The notes below the pieces were generated by a model that worked only from the letters and a program-made list of their open reading frames with translations, did no database searches and was not told where the DNA came from. Source: Syntrophales bacterium (GTDB lineage Bacteria; Desulfobacterota; Syntrophia; Syntrophales; UBA8958). Taken from it: a stretch of DNA of 64,000 nucleotides. Shown one piece after another: positions 36,929 through 47,292 of the stretch; position 1 is the first letter of the stretch; each line of letters opens with the position of its first letter. A program made the translations under genes and the position numbers. The stretch spans positions 4,090 through 68,089 of the forward strand of contig DAOTJR010000009.1 of assembly GCA_035448805.1 (NCBI GenBank), in the 5' to 3' direction.

Positions 36929-39190
36929 TCATTTGGAGTCCATGATCCATACCCCGTCCCAGCCTTCCTGAGGGGGGTTCTTCTTCAGCAGTTCGCAACG
37001 ATCAATATACATGCGGCATATTTCATCGGCGGGGTTCTTTCCCAGGGCCTTCCGGAAAGAAGTGATCGCCCCCTCCCATTGCTGCCGCCGGTAACTCTGC
37101 AACCCCTCCTGGAAATGGTTTACCGACTCCATGAGATTGGGGAAACTTTCGGCGCTATGGTAATCGAGGACTTCGAAAACCCCCACCGGTTCCGTCTTGC
37201 CCTTGACCACCACGCTGTCCACCTGCCTGATCCGGTAGGTTCCCCGGAGGCGCTTGTAGGTATTTTCGCTGATGAGGATTTGGGCATGGTAGCGCTTGCA
37301 GAGGCTTTCCAGACGTGACGCCAGATTGACACCGTCACCGATCAGGGTGTAGTCCATCCGTTTTGGCGAACCGATGTTACCGGAAACGATCACATCGGTA
37401 TTCAATCCCAAACCCATCTTCACCGGCCGCTTGCCCTGGGAAACCCTTTCCCGGTTCCAGTTCTCCAGGGCGTTGATCATGGCGATGGCCGCCCGGACCG
37501 CCCGGTCCTCGTCGTCGTCGTGGGCCATGGGGATCCCGAAGGCCGCCATGATGGCGTCACCGATGAATTTGTCGAGCATACCCCCTTCCTTCTGGATACA
37601 CTCCACCATGATGGTGAAATACTCGTTCAGGAGGGATACCGTCCCCTGGGCGCCAAGTTCTTCGGTAAGGGTGGTGAACTGGCGGATGTCGGAGAAGAGG
37701 ATCGTCGCCATGGTACTCTTCCCGCCCAGGATATCTTCTCCCCCCTCGAGAAGCTGATCGGCCAATCCCGGATCCATGTATCTGGACATTGTTGATTTCA
37801 CTCGTTTTTCCGAGCTGATGTCGTCGATGATGATCATGACACCCAGTTTTTTCTTCTCGACGCTCGTCAAAGGCATTATAGTGATGTTGGCCGCCACTTT
37901 GTTCGCCTCGAACGCCAGTTCCGCATCCATGGCCAGCTCCGGTTTTCTCGTGTCCACCACCCGGTTGATCTTTTCTACCACCCAGGCGTTATGTCCCGTG
38001 AAAAATTCCGCCACCGGCCGTTCCAGGATGGCCTCCGCCTCGACTTGCATGATCCGGAGACCCGCGGCGTTGCAGGTGACGATCCTACCCTCCTCGTTGA
38101 GGGTGATGACGCCGTTGGACATGCTTTCCAGCATGCTCTCACTGTAATTCTTCATGTTCTGGATGTCGTCGAAGAGCTTGGCGTTTTCCAGGGCGATGGA
38201 CACCTGGGCGGTAAAGGCCCGCAGTCGGGATTCGTCCTCCCTGGTGAACGTCCCTCCCCGTTTGTTGAGCACCTGGGTCACCCCGATAAGCTTGCCGGCC
38301 TTGTTAATCACGGGAACGCAGAGGATCGAGCGTGTAAAGAAACCCGTCTTGCGATCGAAAGCGGGATTGAAGCGGAGATCGGCATAGGCATAAGGAATGT
38401 TTATCGTTTCTCCGGACTGGAAGACGGCGCCGGCAATCCCCAGGTGATTGGGCAGGCGGATCTCCATCGCCCCGAGACCTTCCCACACCTTGGAAAACAA
38501 TTCCTTGTGTTTTTCGTCGTTGAGGAAAAGGGTCGACCGCTCGGCGTTGAGCATCCGCGTCGCCTCCGACATGACCTTCTGGAGCAGGCTGCCCAGGTCG
38601 ATCTCCGCCGTGACATTGGATACGAGATCGAAGAATTCCATCTCTTTGGCGCGGAATTTCTGCATCTTTTCCACAACCCCGATGCTCTGGAGGGTGATGG
38701 CCGCCTGGGTCGTCATCGATTCGAGCAGTTGCATATCCTCCCGACTGAAGCGACCCCGCTTCTTGTTGAGCATCTGGGCGGCACCGATGACCTCCCCCTT
38801 CATCGTCCGGATGGGGACACAGAGGATGCTCTTCGTGACATAACCGGTCTTCTCGTCCACGGAACGGTTGAAGCGGGAATCGGCATAGGCATCGTAAACG
38901 ATCAGGCTTTCCCCGGTTGTAAAGACATGGCCGGCAATACCGGTGTTGTTGATGATTCGTATTTCCCGCTGAAAGTTTCCCTGAGCCACTCGGGAGTAAA
39001 GCTCTCCGGTTTCCGGATCGTTCAGGAAGATGGTTCCCCGGTCCGCCCGGATTTCCCTGGTGGTGATTTCCACCAGGACGCTGAGCATCTCGTCCAGGGT
39101 TTCATAACTCGCCATCGTCCGGGCGACGTTGAGAAGCAGCTCCGCCTGGTGAAGACGGATCTCCTTATTTATTGCCGAATCTTGTTTCAT
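36929..39190 (-). CDS. GAF-GAF-PAS class III adenylate/guanylate cyclase
   Basis: 753 aa. Two GAF domains (RGTIFLNDPETGELYS..., RSTLFLNDEKHKELFS...), a PAS-like segment, a cyclase domain (ILFSDIRQFTTLTE...GDAIMAAFGIP...GLNTDVIVSGNIGS) and the same C-terminal tail type as the CHASE2 cyclase. Confidence 0.85.
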   Translation of the reverse strand: MKQDSAINKEIRLHQAELLLNVARTMASYETLDEMLSVLVEITTREIRADRGTIFLNDPETGELYSRVAQGNFQREIRIINNTGIAGHVFTTGESLIVYDAYADSRFNRSVDEKTGYVTKSILCVPIRTMKGEVIGAAQMLNKKRGRFSREDMQLLESMTTQAAITLQSIGVVEKMQKFRAKEMEFFDLVSNVTAEIDLGSLLQKVMSEATRMLNAERSTLFLNDEKHKELFSKVWEGLGAMEIRLPNHLGIAGAVFQSGETINIPYAYADLRFNPAFDRKTGFFTRSILCVPVINKAGKLIGVTQVLNKRGGTFTREDESRLRAFTAQVSIALENAKLFDDIQNMKNYSESMLESMSNGVITLNEEGRIVTCNAAGLRIMQVEAEAILERPVAEFFTGHNAWVVEKINRVVDTRKPELAMDAELAFEANKVAANITIMPLTSVEKKKLGVMIIIDDISSEKRVKSTMSRYMDPGLADQLLEGGEDILGGKSTMATILFSDIRQFTTLTEELGAQGTVSLLNEYFTIMVECIQKEGGMLDKFIGDAIMAAFGIPMAHDDDEDRAVRAAIAMINALENWNRERVSQGKRPVKMGLGLNTDVIVSGNIGSPKRMDYTLIGDGVNLASRLESLCKRYHAQILISENTYKRLRGTYRIRQVDSVVVKGKTEPVGVFEVLDYHSAESFPNLMESVNHFQEGLQSYRRQQWEGAITSFRKALGKNPADEICRMYIDRCELLKKNPPQEGWDGVWIMDSK

Positions 39191-39629
39191 TTTCCTCCAG
39201 TTTTTGCCGCAAGTTAAAAATCATCTCCCGGAGCTGCTGCTTTTCGTCATGCTCCTCACGGCGGATCCTTGTTGTCTCGTCCTCGTAAGCCATCCTTTGC
39301 TTTTCCAATTCCTGACGCATGACGTCGATCATTTTCCGCAACTGGGATGCCTCTTCATGATGACCGGCAATGAGTTGCTGTTTTTCCCGGTCATGATCGA
39401 TGGCCGTTTTCTCCAGGGTAAGGCGGAGGGAATTTACCGTTTCCCGGAGCTGCTTCATTTCATCATGCGCAGTCGCCACTGCCTTCTGAATATCTTCATC
39501 ACGGCAGATATTCCCCCTTTCCAGTTCTTCCCGGAGGGCGGCAATCGTTTCCTTCAGGAAACGGATTTCCAGTTGGGCCTGATACTGTTCATCTCGGGAC
39601 ATATCCACTCCCTGTTGCTTGTCCCTCAT
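39165..39629 (-). CDS. Coiled-coil hypothetical protein
   Basis: 154 aa, heptad-rich and rich in E/K/R/Q/L (LREELERG, MKQLRETVNSLRLTLEK, MRQELEKQRMAYEDE). ATGA overlap with the galE stop, and a 26-nt overlap with the cyclase start. Confidence 0.55.
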   Translation of the reverse strand: MRDKQQGVDMSRDEQYQAQLEIRFLKETIAALREELERGNICRDEDIQKAVATAHDEMKQLRETVNSLRLTLEKTAIDHDREKQQLIAGHHEEASQLRKMIDVMRQELEKQRMAYEDETTRIRREEHDEKQQLREMIFNLRQKLEENETRFGNK

Positions 39630-40633
39630 GGATACCCCTGGGGATTACGGGACTGCCAGCGCCAGGCGTCGGCGCACATCCGGGCAAGACCCCGGGAAGC
39701 AAACCAGTTCAGCTCCCGTCTTGCCGCTCCCGGATCGGCATAACACACGGCGATATCACCGGGACGACGGCCGACGATCTCGTAGGGAACCGGCCGCATT
39801 GATGCCTCTTCGAAGGCCCGGATCATCTCCAGGACGCTGTAGCCCCGGCCGGTACCGAGATTATAGACGCCCAGCTTCGTCCTCGTGAGGTTTTCCAGCG
39901 CCCGCAGATGCCCCTGGGCCAGATCCACCACATGGATGTAGTCCCGGACCCCCGTGCCGTCGGGCGTCGGGTAATCGTTCCCGAAAACCCGCAGCCGCTC
40001 CAGCTTGCCCACCGCCACCTGACTGATATAGGGCATGAGATTGTTGGGAATGCCGGTAGGGTCTTCGCCGATCAAACCGCTCTCATGGGCCCCGACGGGG
40101 TTGAAATAGCGCAGGAGGATTACCTGCCAGGCGGGATCGGAGGCCTGCAGATCCCGGAGGAGTTGTTCGATCACCAGCTTCGTCCGGCCGTAGGGGTTGG
40201 CGGGGGCCAGGGGGAAGTCCTCCCGGATAGGAACCGTTGCCGGGTCACCGTATACGGTGGCGGAAGAGCTGAATACGATGCGTTTTACCCCCTCGGCCGC
40301 CATGACCTCGCAGAGGGCGATGGTCGAGCCGACATTGTTGTCATAGTAATGAAGGGGACGGTCCACAGACTCGCCAACCGCCTTGAGGCCCGCAAAGTGG
40401 ATCACGGCATCGCAGTGGTGGGCGGCAAAGACCGCTTTCAGGGCCTCGCGGTCCCGGCAATCGCCGGGAAAGAAGACCGGTCTGCGCCCGGTGATGTTCT
40501 CGATCCGGTCCAGGACGCTGATCTTGCTGTTGGAAAGATTGTCCAGGACGACCACTTCATAACCGGCTTGAAGCAGCTCCACGCAGGTATGACTGCCGAT
40601 GTATCCCGCCCCGCCGGTCACCAGTATCTTCAC
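39626..40633 (-). CDS. galE: UDP-glucose 4-epimerase
   Basis: GTG at 40633 with GAGGAGG 5 nt upstream gives VKILVTGGAGYIGSH. Also present are SSSATVYG, the YGRTK catalytic motif and NLGTGRGYSVLE. The track extension to 40714 has no RBS. Confidence 0.92.
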   Translation of the reverse strand: MKILVTGGAGYIGSHTCVELLQAGYEVVVLDNLSNSKISVLDRIENITGRRPVFFPGDCRDREALKAVFAAHHCDAVIHFAGLKAVGESVDRPLHYYDNNVGSTIALCEVMAAEGVKRIVFSSSATVYGDPATVPIREDFPLAPANPYGRTKLVIEQLLRDLQASDPAWQVILLRYFNPVGAHESGLIGEDPTGIPNNLMPYISQVAVGKLERLRVFGNDYPTPDGTGVRDYIHVVDLAQGHLRALENLTRTKLGVYNLGTGRGYSVLEMIRAFEEASMRPVPYEIVGRRPGDIAVCYADPGAARRELNWFASRGLARMCADAWRWQSRNPQGYP

Positions 40634-41009
40634 ACCATCCTCCTCTTTTTTCCCCGTTTTGACGACATAATTTCCAGATGCAGCCGCCCGGTATCCGCCA
40701 CCTGCCGCGGACATCCGGAGATATTTACAGGCGTTGCCTCCGCCCCGGCAGAGAAGTGTTCTCCGCTTCTCGTTATTTCCCTTACGGAGCTACCATAGCA
40801 TATCGGGCGTCGAGTTGCGGCAAGTTTTTTTCTCCCCGGCGCCGCCGTCACATCCCGTCGTGTTTATCACCCCGCCAAGCCGTACCTTCCCCATCCCTTT
40901 TCCCGCCAAAAAGTCGCTGCCTTCCGGAGGAGCTGAAAACAACAAATCGCCGGCCGGAACCGGACGTTTCAATAAGTTCATTTCCCCTGGACGCCTGGCG
41001 ACAGGAAGC

Positions 41010-41037
41010 TTGACATCTCCGGATGATGATATATTAT
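41010..41037 (+). promoter_or_regulatory. Near-consensus sigma70-like promoter for hsp20-lon
   Basis: TTGACA (41010-41015), 16 nt, TATTAT (41032-41037). Confidence 0.5.
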
Positions 41038-41077
41038 CATGACACGGGAGAATCAACGAAACGGACGGAGCGGGAAT

Positions 41078-41539
41078 ATGGGATACATAAAGATAAAGTT
41101 CAGGAACGAACGCGGGAAGTTCGAGCAGGAAATCCACGATGTGCTCGATGACATGTTTCATATCGCCGGGCCGACATTCACCCTTTGTGAACACACCTGG
41201 CGTCCTCATGCCGACATCTATGAAACCGCCGATGCCATCATCGTCATCCTCGATCTGGCCGGCGTCGTCCGGGAGGACATTCATCTCGAGGTCAGCCGCA
41301 AAACCATCAAGATCTCCGGAAAGCGCGACCAGCATTACCTTTCGGGAACGACGCGCTATCATCTCGCCGAAATACCCTACGGCTACTTCGAACGTCATCT
41401 TGCCCTCCATGCCCCGGTGGATTCCGAAACGGTACAGGCAACCTACGCCAACGGGCTGCTGGAAGTCCGTCTGGAAAAGATACCGCCGGACCGGGAACGG
41501 CGGATTACGGTCCTGGGACCGGCAGGCGGGGAATCATGA
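41078..41539 (+). CDS. Hsp20/alpha-crystallin family small heat-shock protein
   Basis: [22 protein letters not shown]...IKISGKR...[11 protein letters not shown]. The track ATG at 41039 lies inside the predicted promoter, so the ATG at 41078 (GGAG 7 nt upstream) is preferred. Confidence 0.85.
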   Translation: MGYIKIKFRNERGKFEQEIHDVLDDMFHIAGPTFTLCEHTWRPHADIYETADAIIVILDLAGVVREDIHLEVSRKTIKISGKRDQHYLSGTTRYHLAEIPYGYFERHLALHAPVDSETVQATYANGLLEVRLEKIPPDRERRITVLGPAGGES

Positions 41540-43920
41540 CCTCGACACCGAACGAACACAAGGATAAAGTCATGACCGAAGAAAAAGCCAGCCAAGACTT
41601 GAAGGTTATCCATATTCCCGAGATCCTGCCCGTCCTGCCGCTCTTCAACATGATCGTCTTCCCCAAAATGATGCTTCCCATGGAGGTATTCGGGGAACAG
41701 TCCCTGCAACTCGTGGACGAGGCCATGGCCAAGGACCGGATTATCGGTCTTGTCCTGGCGCGAAAATCGCCGCCGGAAACCACCTATGCGCCGGAAGACT
41801 TTCACGCCGTCGGCACCAGCGCGGTTATTCTCAAGATGGCCAAAACGGCGGACAATAAAGCCCAGCTCCTCGTCCAGGGGATCGAGCGTTTCCGCATCCG
41901 GGAATTCATCCCCGGCAAACCCTATCTCCAGGCCCGGATCGAGGCCCTCCCGGAGCAGGAAGTAAAGGATATCGAGATCGAGGCCCTTATGGTGAATCTT
42001 GTCGGTCTCTTCGAGCGGATCGTCAAACTTACGCCTTTTCTGCCCCAGGAATTCGGGGCCATGGCCAAGTCCATCGTCGATCCCGGCGTCCTGGCCGATT
42101 TGATCGCCTCCATCATCAACGTCTCGGCGGAAGAGAAACAGGGGATTTTAGAAACCCTGGCCATCAAAAAGCGCCTCCGGGAAGTCACCCGCCTGGTCAA
42201 CCACCAGGTGGAAATCCTCGAGCTGGGCAACAAAATCCAGTCCCAGGTCAAAGACGACATGGACAAGAGCCAGCGCGAATATTACCTGCGCCAGCAGTTG
42301 AGCGCCATCAAGAAGGAATTGGGGGAAGAGGACGAAGGCAAGGTGGAGGTGACGGAATACCGGGAAAAGCTGGCCAAGAAAGACCTCCCCGAAGAAGCGA
42401 GAAAAGAGGCGGAACGGGAATTGCAGCGTCTGGAGCGGATGCATCCCTCTTCGGCGGAATATACCGTCGTTTCCACCTATCTGGACTGGATCCTCACCCT
42501 GCCGTGGCGGGAGGGGACGGCAGACAATCTGGACATCAAAAAGGCGCGCAGGGTCCTCGACGAGGATCACTACGGCCTCGAAAAACCGAAGAAACGCATC
42601 ATCGAGTATCTGTCCGTAAGAAAACTGAAGCCCGACACCAAGGGCCCGATCCTCTGTTTCGTGGGACCGCCGGGCACAGGGAAGACCTCGCTGGGACAGT
42701 CCATCGCCCGCTCCCTGGGGCGGAAATTCGTCCGCATCGCCCTGGGCGGTGTCCGGGATGAAGCGGAAATACGGGGTCACCGGCGAACCTATATCGGCGC
42801 CCTCCCCGGGCGGATCATCCAGAGTATCCGCCGGGCGGAATCCAACAACCCCGTGTTCATGCTCGATGAAATCGACAAGGTGGGAAGCGACTTCCGCGGT
42901 GATCCCTCCTCAGCCCTCCTGGAAGTACTCGATCCGGCACAGAATTTCTCTTTCATGGACCACTACCTGGACATCCCCTTCGATCTGTCCCACGTCATGT
43001 TCATCACCACGGCCAACATCCTGGATACGATCCCGCCGGCTCTTCGGGACCGTCTGGAGATCATCGAGCTGGTAAGCTACACGGTGGATGAAAAACTGCA
43101 CATCGCGGAGCGTTATCTCCTGCCCCGGCAGATCCGCGAAAACGGGCTGCAGCCCGACCAGATTTCTTTCACCAGAGGGGCCCTCCGGCTCATCATCGGC
43201 GGCTACACCCGCGAGGCGGGGGTGCGGAACCTGGAGCGGGAGATCGCCGCCGTCTGCCGGGGAGTGGCCAGTCAGGTGGCGGCAGGAGAGATAACCGGGG
43301 CCAAAATCAGAAAGCAGGAAATTCACCGTTATTTGGGTCCGGAAAGGATAACCTCGGAAATAACCGCCCGGACCTCGAAACCCGGTGTCGTTATGGGTCT
43401 GGCCTGGACACCGACGGGGGGAGATCTTCTTTTTATCGAGGCGACGGCCATGAAAGGCAAGAAAGGTCTCACCCTTACGGGACAACTAGGCGAAGTGATG
43501 AAGGAATCGGCATCGGCGGCCCTGAGTTTCATCCGCGCCAATGCCGAATCTCTGGGCATCCCCAGGGATTTCTTCGAAGACATCGACATCCACATCCATG
43601 TCCCCTCCGGGGCCATCCCCAAAGACGGCCCCTCCGCAGGGGTGACAATCCTCACCGCCTTGACGTCGCTCCTCACGGAAAAGCGAGTCCGAAAAGACCT
43701 GGCCATGACGGGGGAGATAACCCTCCGGGGGCTGGTGCTCCCGGTAGGGGGCATCAAGGAAAAGGTCCTCGCCGCCCATCGTGCCGGGGTGAAGACCGTG
43801 ATCCTGCCCAAATGGAACAAGAAAGACCTGGGAGATATCCCCGTCAGGATCAGGAAAGACATCACCTTCCACCTCGTGGATGACATGCTGGAAGTTCTTA
43901 AGATCGCACTGGAAAAATAG
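41536..43920 (+). CDS. lon: ATP-dependent protease Lon (endopeptidase La)
   Basis: 794 aa. LON N-domain ([18 protein letters not shown]), Walker [10 protein letters not shown], protease Ser in [13 protein letters not shown] overlap with the hsp20 stop. Confidence 0.96.
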   Translation: MTSTPNEHKDKVMTEEKASQDLKVIHIPEILPVLPLFNMIVFPKMMLPMEVFGEQSLQLVDEAMAKDRIIGLVLARKSPPETTYAPEDFHAVGTSAVILKMAKTADNKAQLLVQGIERFRIREFIPGKPYLQARIEALPEQEVKDIEIEALMVNLVGLFERIVKLTPFLPQEFGAMAKSIVDPGVLADLIASIINVSAEEKQGILETLAIKKRLREVTRLVNHQVEILELGNKIQSQVKDDMDKSQREYYLRQQLSAIKKELGEEDEGKVEVTEYREKLAKKDLPEEARKEAERELQRLERMHPSSAEYTVVSTYLDWILTLPWREGTADNLDIKKARRVLDEDHYGLEKPKKRIIEYLSVRKLKPDTKGPILCFVGPPGTGKTSLGQSIARSLGRKFVRIALGGVRDEAEIRGHRRTYIGALPGRIIQSIRRAESNNPVFMLDEIDKVGSDFRGDPSSALLEVLDPAQNFSFMDHYLDIPFDLSHVMFITTANILDTIPPALRDRLEIIELVSYTVDEKLHIAERYLLPRQIRENGLQPDQISFTRGALRLIIGGYTREAGVRNLEREIAAVCRGVASQVAAGEITGAKIRKQEIHRYLGPERITSEITARTSKPGVVMGLAWTPTGGDLLFIEATAMKGKKGLTLTGQLGEVMKESASAALSFIRANAESLGIPRDFFEDIDIHIHVPSGAIPKDGPSAGVTILTALTSLLTEKRVRKDLAMTGEITLRGLVLPVGGIKEKVLAAHRAGVKTVILPKWNKKDLGDIPVRIRKDITFHLVDDMLEVLKIALEK

Positions 43921-43948
43921 TCATATCTCCAGCGAAGACAATTCCTTC

Positions 43949-44006
43949 TTGACAGTCGGGTGCAAAAAATGATACCAACTGTTTAGTTAAACCAAACGGA
44001 TGGTTC
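43949..44006 (+). promoter_or_regulatory. -35 box plus imperfect inverted repeat (candidate TetR operator)
   Basis: TTGACA at 43949-43954. ATACCAACTGTTT (43972-43984) matches the reverse complement of AAACGGATGGTTC (43994-44006) at 9 of 13 positions. The repeat ends 3 nt before the tetR ATG. Confidence 0.4.
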
Positions 44007-44009
44007 AAT

Positions 44010-44660
44010 ATGCCGGAAAAACATCCCCCTACCGTAGGGCGCATTTTGGAAGCCGCCACGGAAATATTCGCCGCCGCAGGGTTCAACGGCGCCCGGATGG
44101 ATGAAATCGCTCACCGGGCCGGCGTGAACAAGGCGATGATCTACTACCACATCGGCGCCAAGGAGGCCTTGTATGCCGCCGTGCTCCACGATGCCATCGG
44201 GCACGTCGCCGATGCGATCGCGGCGGGCATCACGGCAAAAGCGGCGCCGGAGGAAAAGCTCCGGGCATACATCCGTGCCTTTGCCGGTGCCGTGGAGGGA
44301 AACCCCCGGATGGGGCCCATCCTACTCCGGGAGGTGGCCTCGGGGGGGCAGAACCTGCCGGAGCTGGTGGTCCAGGATTTCGGAAGGATCATCGGTATCG
44401 TCGCCGCCATCCTGGAGGAGGGCCGTCGCGATGGTGTTTTCCTTTCGGTGAACCCCTTCGTCGTCCACATGATGGTCGCCGGCGCCCTGGTTCTCTACAA
44501 GGCCAGCGGCCCCATCCGCGCCCGGAAAGAAAACATCCCCGCAGCGGTCAAATCCCTGGATCTGAACATCTCCGCCGGGGTGATTGCGGAGGTGGAAAGA
44601 CTGATCCTGGAAGGCGTAAAAAGGACCACTCCGGATCCCGCAGGAGGCACCCGCTCATGA
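44010..44660 (+). CDS. TetR/AcrR-family transcriptional regulator
   Basis: 216 aa. HTH ILEAATEIFAAAGFNGARMDEIAHRAGVNKAMIYYHIGAKEALY. Confidence 0.9.
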   Translation: MPEKHPPTVGRILEAATEIFAAAGFNGARMDEIAHRAGVNKAMIYYHIGAKEALYAAVLHDAIGHVADAIAAGITAKAAPEEKLRAYIRAFAGAVEGNPRMGPILLREVASGGQNLPELVVQDFGRIIGIVAAILEEGRRDGVFLSVNPFVVHMMVAGALVLYKASGPIRARKENIPAAVKSLDLNISAGVIAEVERLILEGVKRTTPDPAGGTRS

Positions 44661-46285
44661 TGACACCCAAACACCAGTCACTTACAAAACCGCCGTCCCG
44701 CCGGGGGGGAAAAACCGTCCCGGCGTCGGTACCGGAAGCCGGCGCCCTTTTTCCCCGTTTTTTTGCGCCGGGAATCCCGGCCGTCGTCGCCGCGTTCCTT
44801 TTCTTCATGGCGGCCGTTTCCCCTTCCCTGGGTCAAACCAACCGGCCACCATCTTCCCCCGGAAAGATCGACACCGTCACCCCGGTCTCCGCAGGGGCGA
44901 CCGCGCCGGCCGGAAAGGCAGCCCTGCCGGAAACCGGGACCGAAAGGATGGAAAAAGAAAGTCGTATCCCTTCCACCGCGGCGACACCGGCGGCGCCGCC
45001 CGCCGCCGACCGGTTCACCCTGGCGGAGAGCGTCGCTTTGGCTCTCCGGCAAAGCATGGTCGTCCAAGCGGCCCGGGAAGGGGTAAAGGGGGCGGAGGCC
45101 CAAAAACGGGAGGCCTTCACCAATTTCCTCCCCAAGCTAAGCACTTCCTACAGTTATACCCGCCTCAACGACGCCCCGTGGACCTACATGCCGCCCATGG
45201 TCATAAACGCCCCCCTGGTGGGACAATTGAAAACCCCCGGCGGGCCGATCACCATGGGCACCCAGGACAACTACAGCTGGGCCCTTGAGTTCCGTCAGCC
45301 CCTCTTCGCCGGCGGCGCCATCCTCGCCAACTACCAGGCCAACCGGAAGGGCGAGGAGATCGCCCGGGTGGACGAAGCAACCGCTGCTCAGAATATCGTC
45401 GAAGAGGTCAAGGGTGCTTATTTCCGGATTCTCAAGGCGGAGAAGATCCTCGGCGTGGCCCGTCAGGCGCTGGAACAGCTCCGCTCCCACCGTAACGAAG
45501 CCCGGCAATTTTTCGACGTGGGACTGATTCCCAAAAACGATCTCCTCCAGTCGGAGGTCCAGCTCGCCAACGGGGAACACAATCTGGTGAAGGCGGAAAA
45601 CGGTCTGGAGATCGCCAGATCCCGCTTCAACACCCTCCTGCGGCGGCCCATCGACGCCCCCGTGGCCCTGGAGGACATCCTGGTTTACCGGCCCTTCGAC
45701 AAGGGCATGGAGGAATGCCTCCAGACCGCCTATGACCGCCGCCCCGAGCTCCGCGCCGCCGCCCTCAAGGTGGAACAGGCCAAAGAGATCGTCAAGACCG
45801 CCCGGGGAGGCTTTTTCCCCACGTTGAGCGCCGTCGGCCACTACGAACGCTTCGGGGACACAGGGGGACTCCAGGGCAGCACCTACAAAAGCATGGAGAC
45901 ATGGTACCTCATGGCACGGGCGGATTGGGCCTTCTGGGAATGGGGGAAGACCGTCAATCTGGTGGATGCCCACCGCGCCCGGGAAAATCAGGCCGGAAGC
46001 ATGCTGGTCCATGAACGCGACAAGGTGACCTTCGAGGTGAAGGCCGCCTATATCCTGGTCCGGGAATCGGAAAAACAGGTCTTTGTAGCGCAAAAATCCA
46101 TCGACCAGGCGGAGGAGAATTTCCGCATCAACACGGAACGTTATCGCGAACAGGTGGCCACCTCCACCGACGTCCTCGACGCCCAGACGCTCCTTACGAA
46201 GGCCAAATCTGATTATTTCAATGCCCTCGGCGACTATTTCATCAATCTGGCCCGTCTGGAGAGGGCCATGGGGGTAAGCAAATGA
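44657..46285 (+). CDS. TolC-family outer-membrane efflux protein
   Basis: 542 aa. Hydrophobic signal region, a Pro/Ala-rich linker, then two OEP repeats (LTLAESVALALRQS..., LLQSEVQLANGEHNL..., DVLDAQTLLTKAKSDY). ATGA overlap with tetR. Confidence 0.85.
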   Translation: MMTPKHQSLTKPPSRRGGKTVPASVPEAGALFPRFFAPGIPAVVAAFLFFMAAVSPSLGQTNRPPSSPGKIDTVTPVSAGATAPAGKAALPETGTERMEKESRIPSTAATPAAPPAADRFTLAESVALALRQSMVVQAAREGVKGAEAQKREAFTNFLPKLSTSYSYTRLNDAPWTYMPPMVINAPLVGQLKTPGGPITMGTQDNYSWALEFRQPLFAGGAILANYQANRKGEEIARVDEATAAQNIVEEVKGAYFRILKAEKILGVARQALEQLRSHRNEARQFFDVGLIPKNDLLQSEVQLANGEHNLVKAENGLEIARSRFNTLLRRPIDAPVALEDILVYRPFDKGMEECLQTAYDRRPELRAAALKVEQAKEIVKTARGGFFPTLSAVGHYERFGDTGGLQGSTYKSMETWYLMARADWAFWEWGKTVNLVDAHRARENQAGSMLVHERDKVTFEVKAAYILVRESEKQVFVAQKSIDQAEENFRINTERYREQVATSTDVLDAQTLLTKAKSDYFNALGDYFINLARLERAMGVSK

Positions 46286-47292
46286 AGAAGCGCCTCGTCC
46301 TCGCCGTTTTCATCATCCTCCTTTTGGCCGTAGGCGGCTACGTCTATTATGGACAGTGGCGGCATCAAAACCGGGAGATTTACTATTCCGGGGTCATCGA
46401 GGCCAAGGACGCCAAGCTTTCCTTTCAGGCCGGAGGACGGGTGATCGCCGTCCATGCCCGGGAGGGACAACGTGTCGCTCCGGACGAGGTTCTGGCGGAA
46501 CTGGACCCGGCGGAATTCCGGAGCCGTTACGATCAGGCCCGGGCCTCCCTGGCGCGGGCCCTCGAAGGAGAGCGACAGGCCGAAACGACCCATCAAGTCT
46601 ATCAAAGCGTCCTGCCCGCCGACGTCGTCCGGGCCGAGGCGGTCGTGACCAGCGCCCGGAAGGTAATGGAAGAGGCCCGGCGGAACAAGGAGCGCTATGA
46701 TGCCCTCTACGAGCGCCGGGTAGTGGCCGCCAGGGAATGGGATGCCGTCCGCCTCCACTACGACACCGCCGTGTCCCGCCTCGCCGAAGGGGAGGCGGCG
46801 CTGACCCAGGCGAAGAGCAATCTGAAAAAGATCGAGATCGCCCGCCGGGATATAGAAGCGGCGGGGGCTCAGGTGCGGATGGCCAGAGCGGCCTTGGAAC
46901 AGGCGGACATCCAGATGACCTACACGAAACTGCGGGCCCCCTTCGGCGGCGTCATCACCAGCCGCAACGTCGAGCCCGGCGAGGTGGTCTCCCCGAGCCG
47001 GGAGGTCTTCAACCTGGCGGATCTTTCCCGGGTGGATCTGAAGATCTTCGTGGAAGAAACGGCCATCGGCCGGGTCAAACCGGGGCAGGCGGTGGACGTG
47101 AAGATCGATACCTTCCCGAACCGCGTCTTCAAGGGAGAGGTATCCTTCGTGTCCCCCGAGGGGGAATTCACCCCCAAGATCATCCAGACCCAGAAGGAAC
47201 GGGTGAAGCTGGTTTACCTGGTCAAGGTCTCCATCCCCAATCCGGATTTGGCCCTCAAGACCGGCATGCCGGCCGACGCCTGGCTGAAGTAG
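46282..47292 (+). CDS. HlyD-family periplasmic adaptor (YbhG-like)
   Basis: 336 aa. N-terminal TM, coiled-coil hairpin, LRAPFGGVITSRNVEPGEVV barrel and a C-terminal GMPADAWL. Overlaps the tolC-like stop. Confidence 0.88.
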   Translation: MKKRLVLAVFIILLLAVGGYVYYGQWRHQNREIYYSGVIEAKDAKLSFQAGGRVIAVHAREGQRVAPDEVLAELDPAEFRSRYDQARASLARALEGERQAETTHQVYQSVLPADVVRAEAVVTSARKVMEEARRNKERYDALYERRVVAAREWDAVRLHYDTAVSRLAEGEAALTQAKSNLKKIEIARRDIEAAGAQVRMARAALEQADIQMTYTKLRAPFGGVITSRNVEPGEVVSPSREVFNLADLSRVDLKIFVEETAIGRVKPGQAVDVKIDTFPNRVFKGEVSFVSPEGEFTPKIIQTQKERVKLVYLVKVSIPNPDLALKTGMPADAWLK

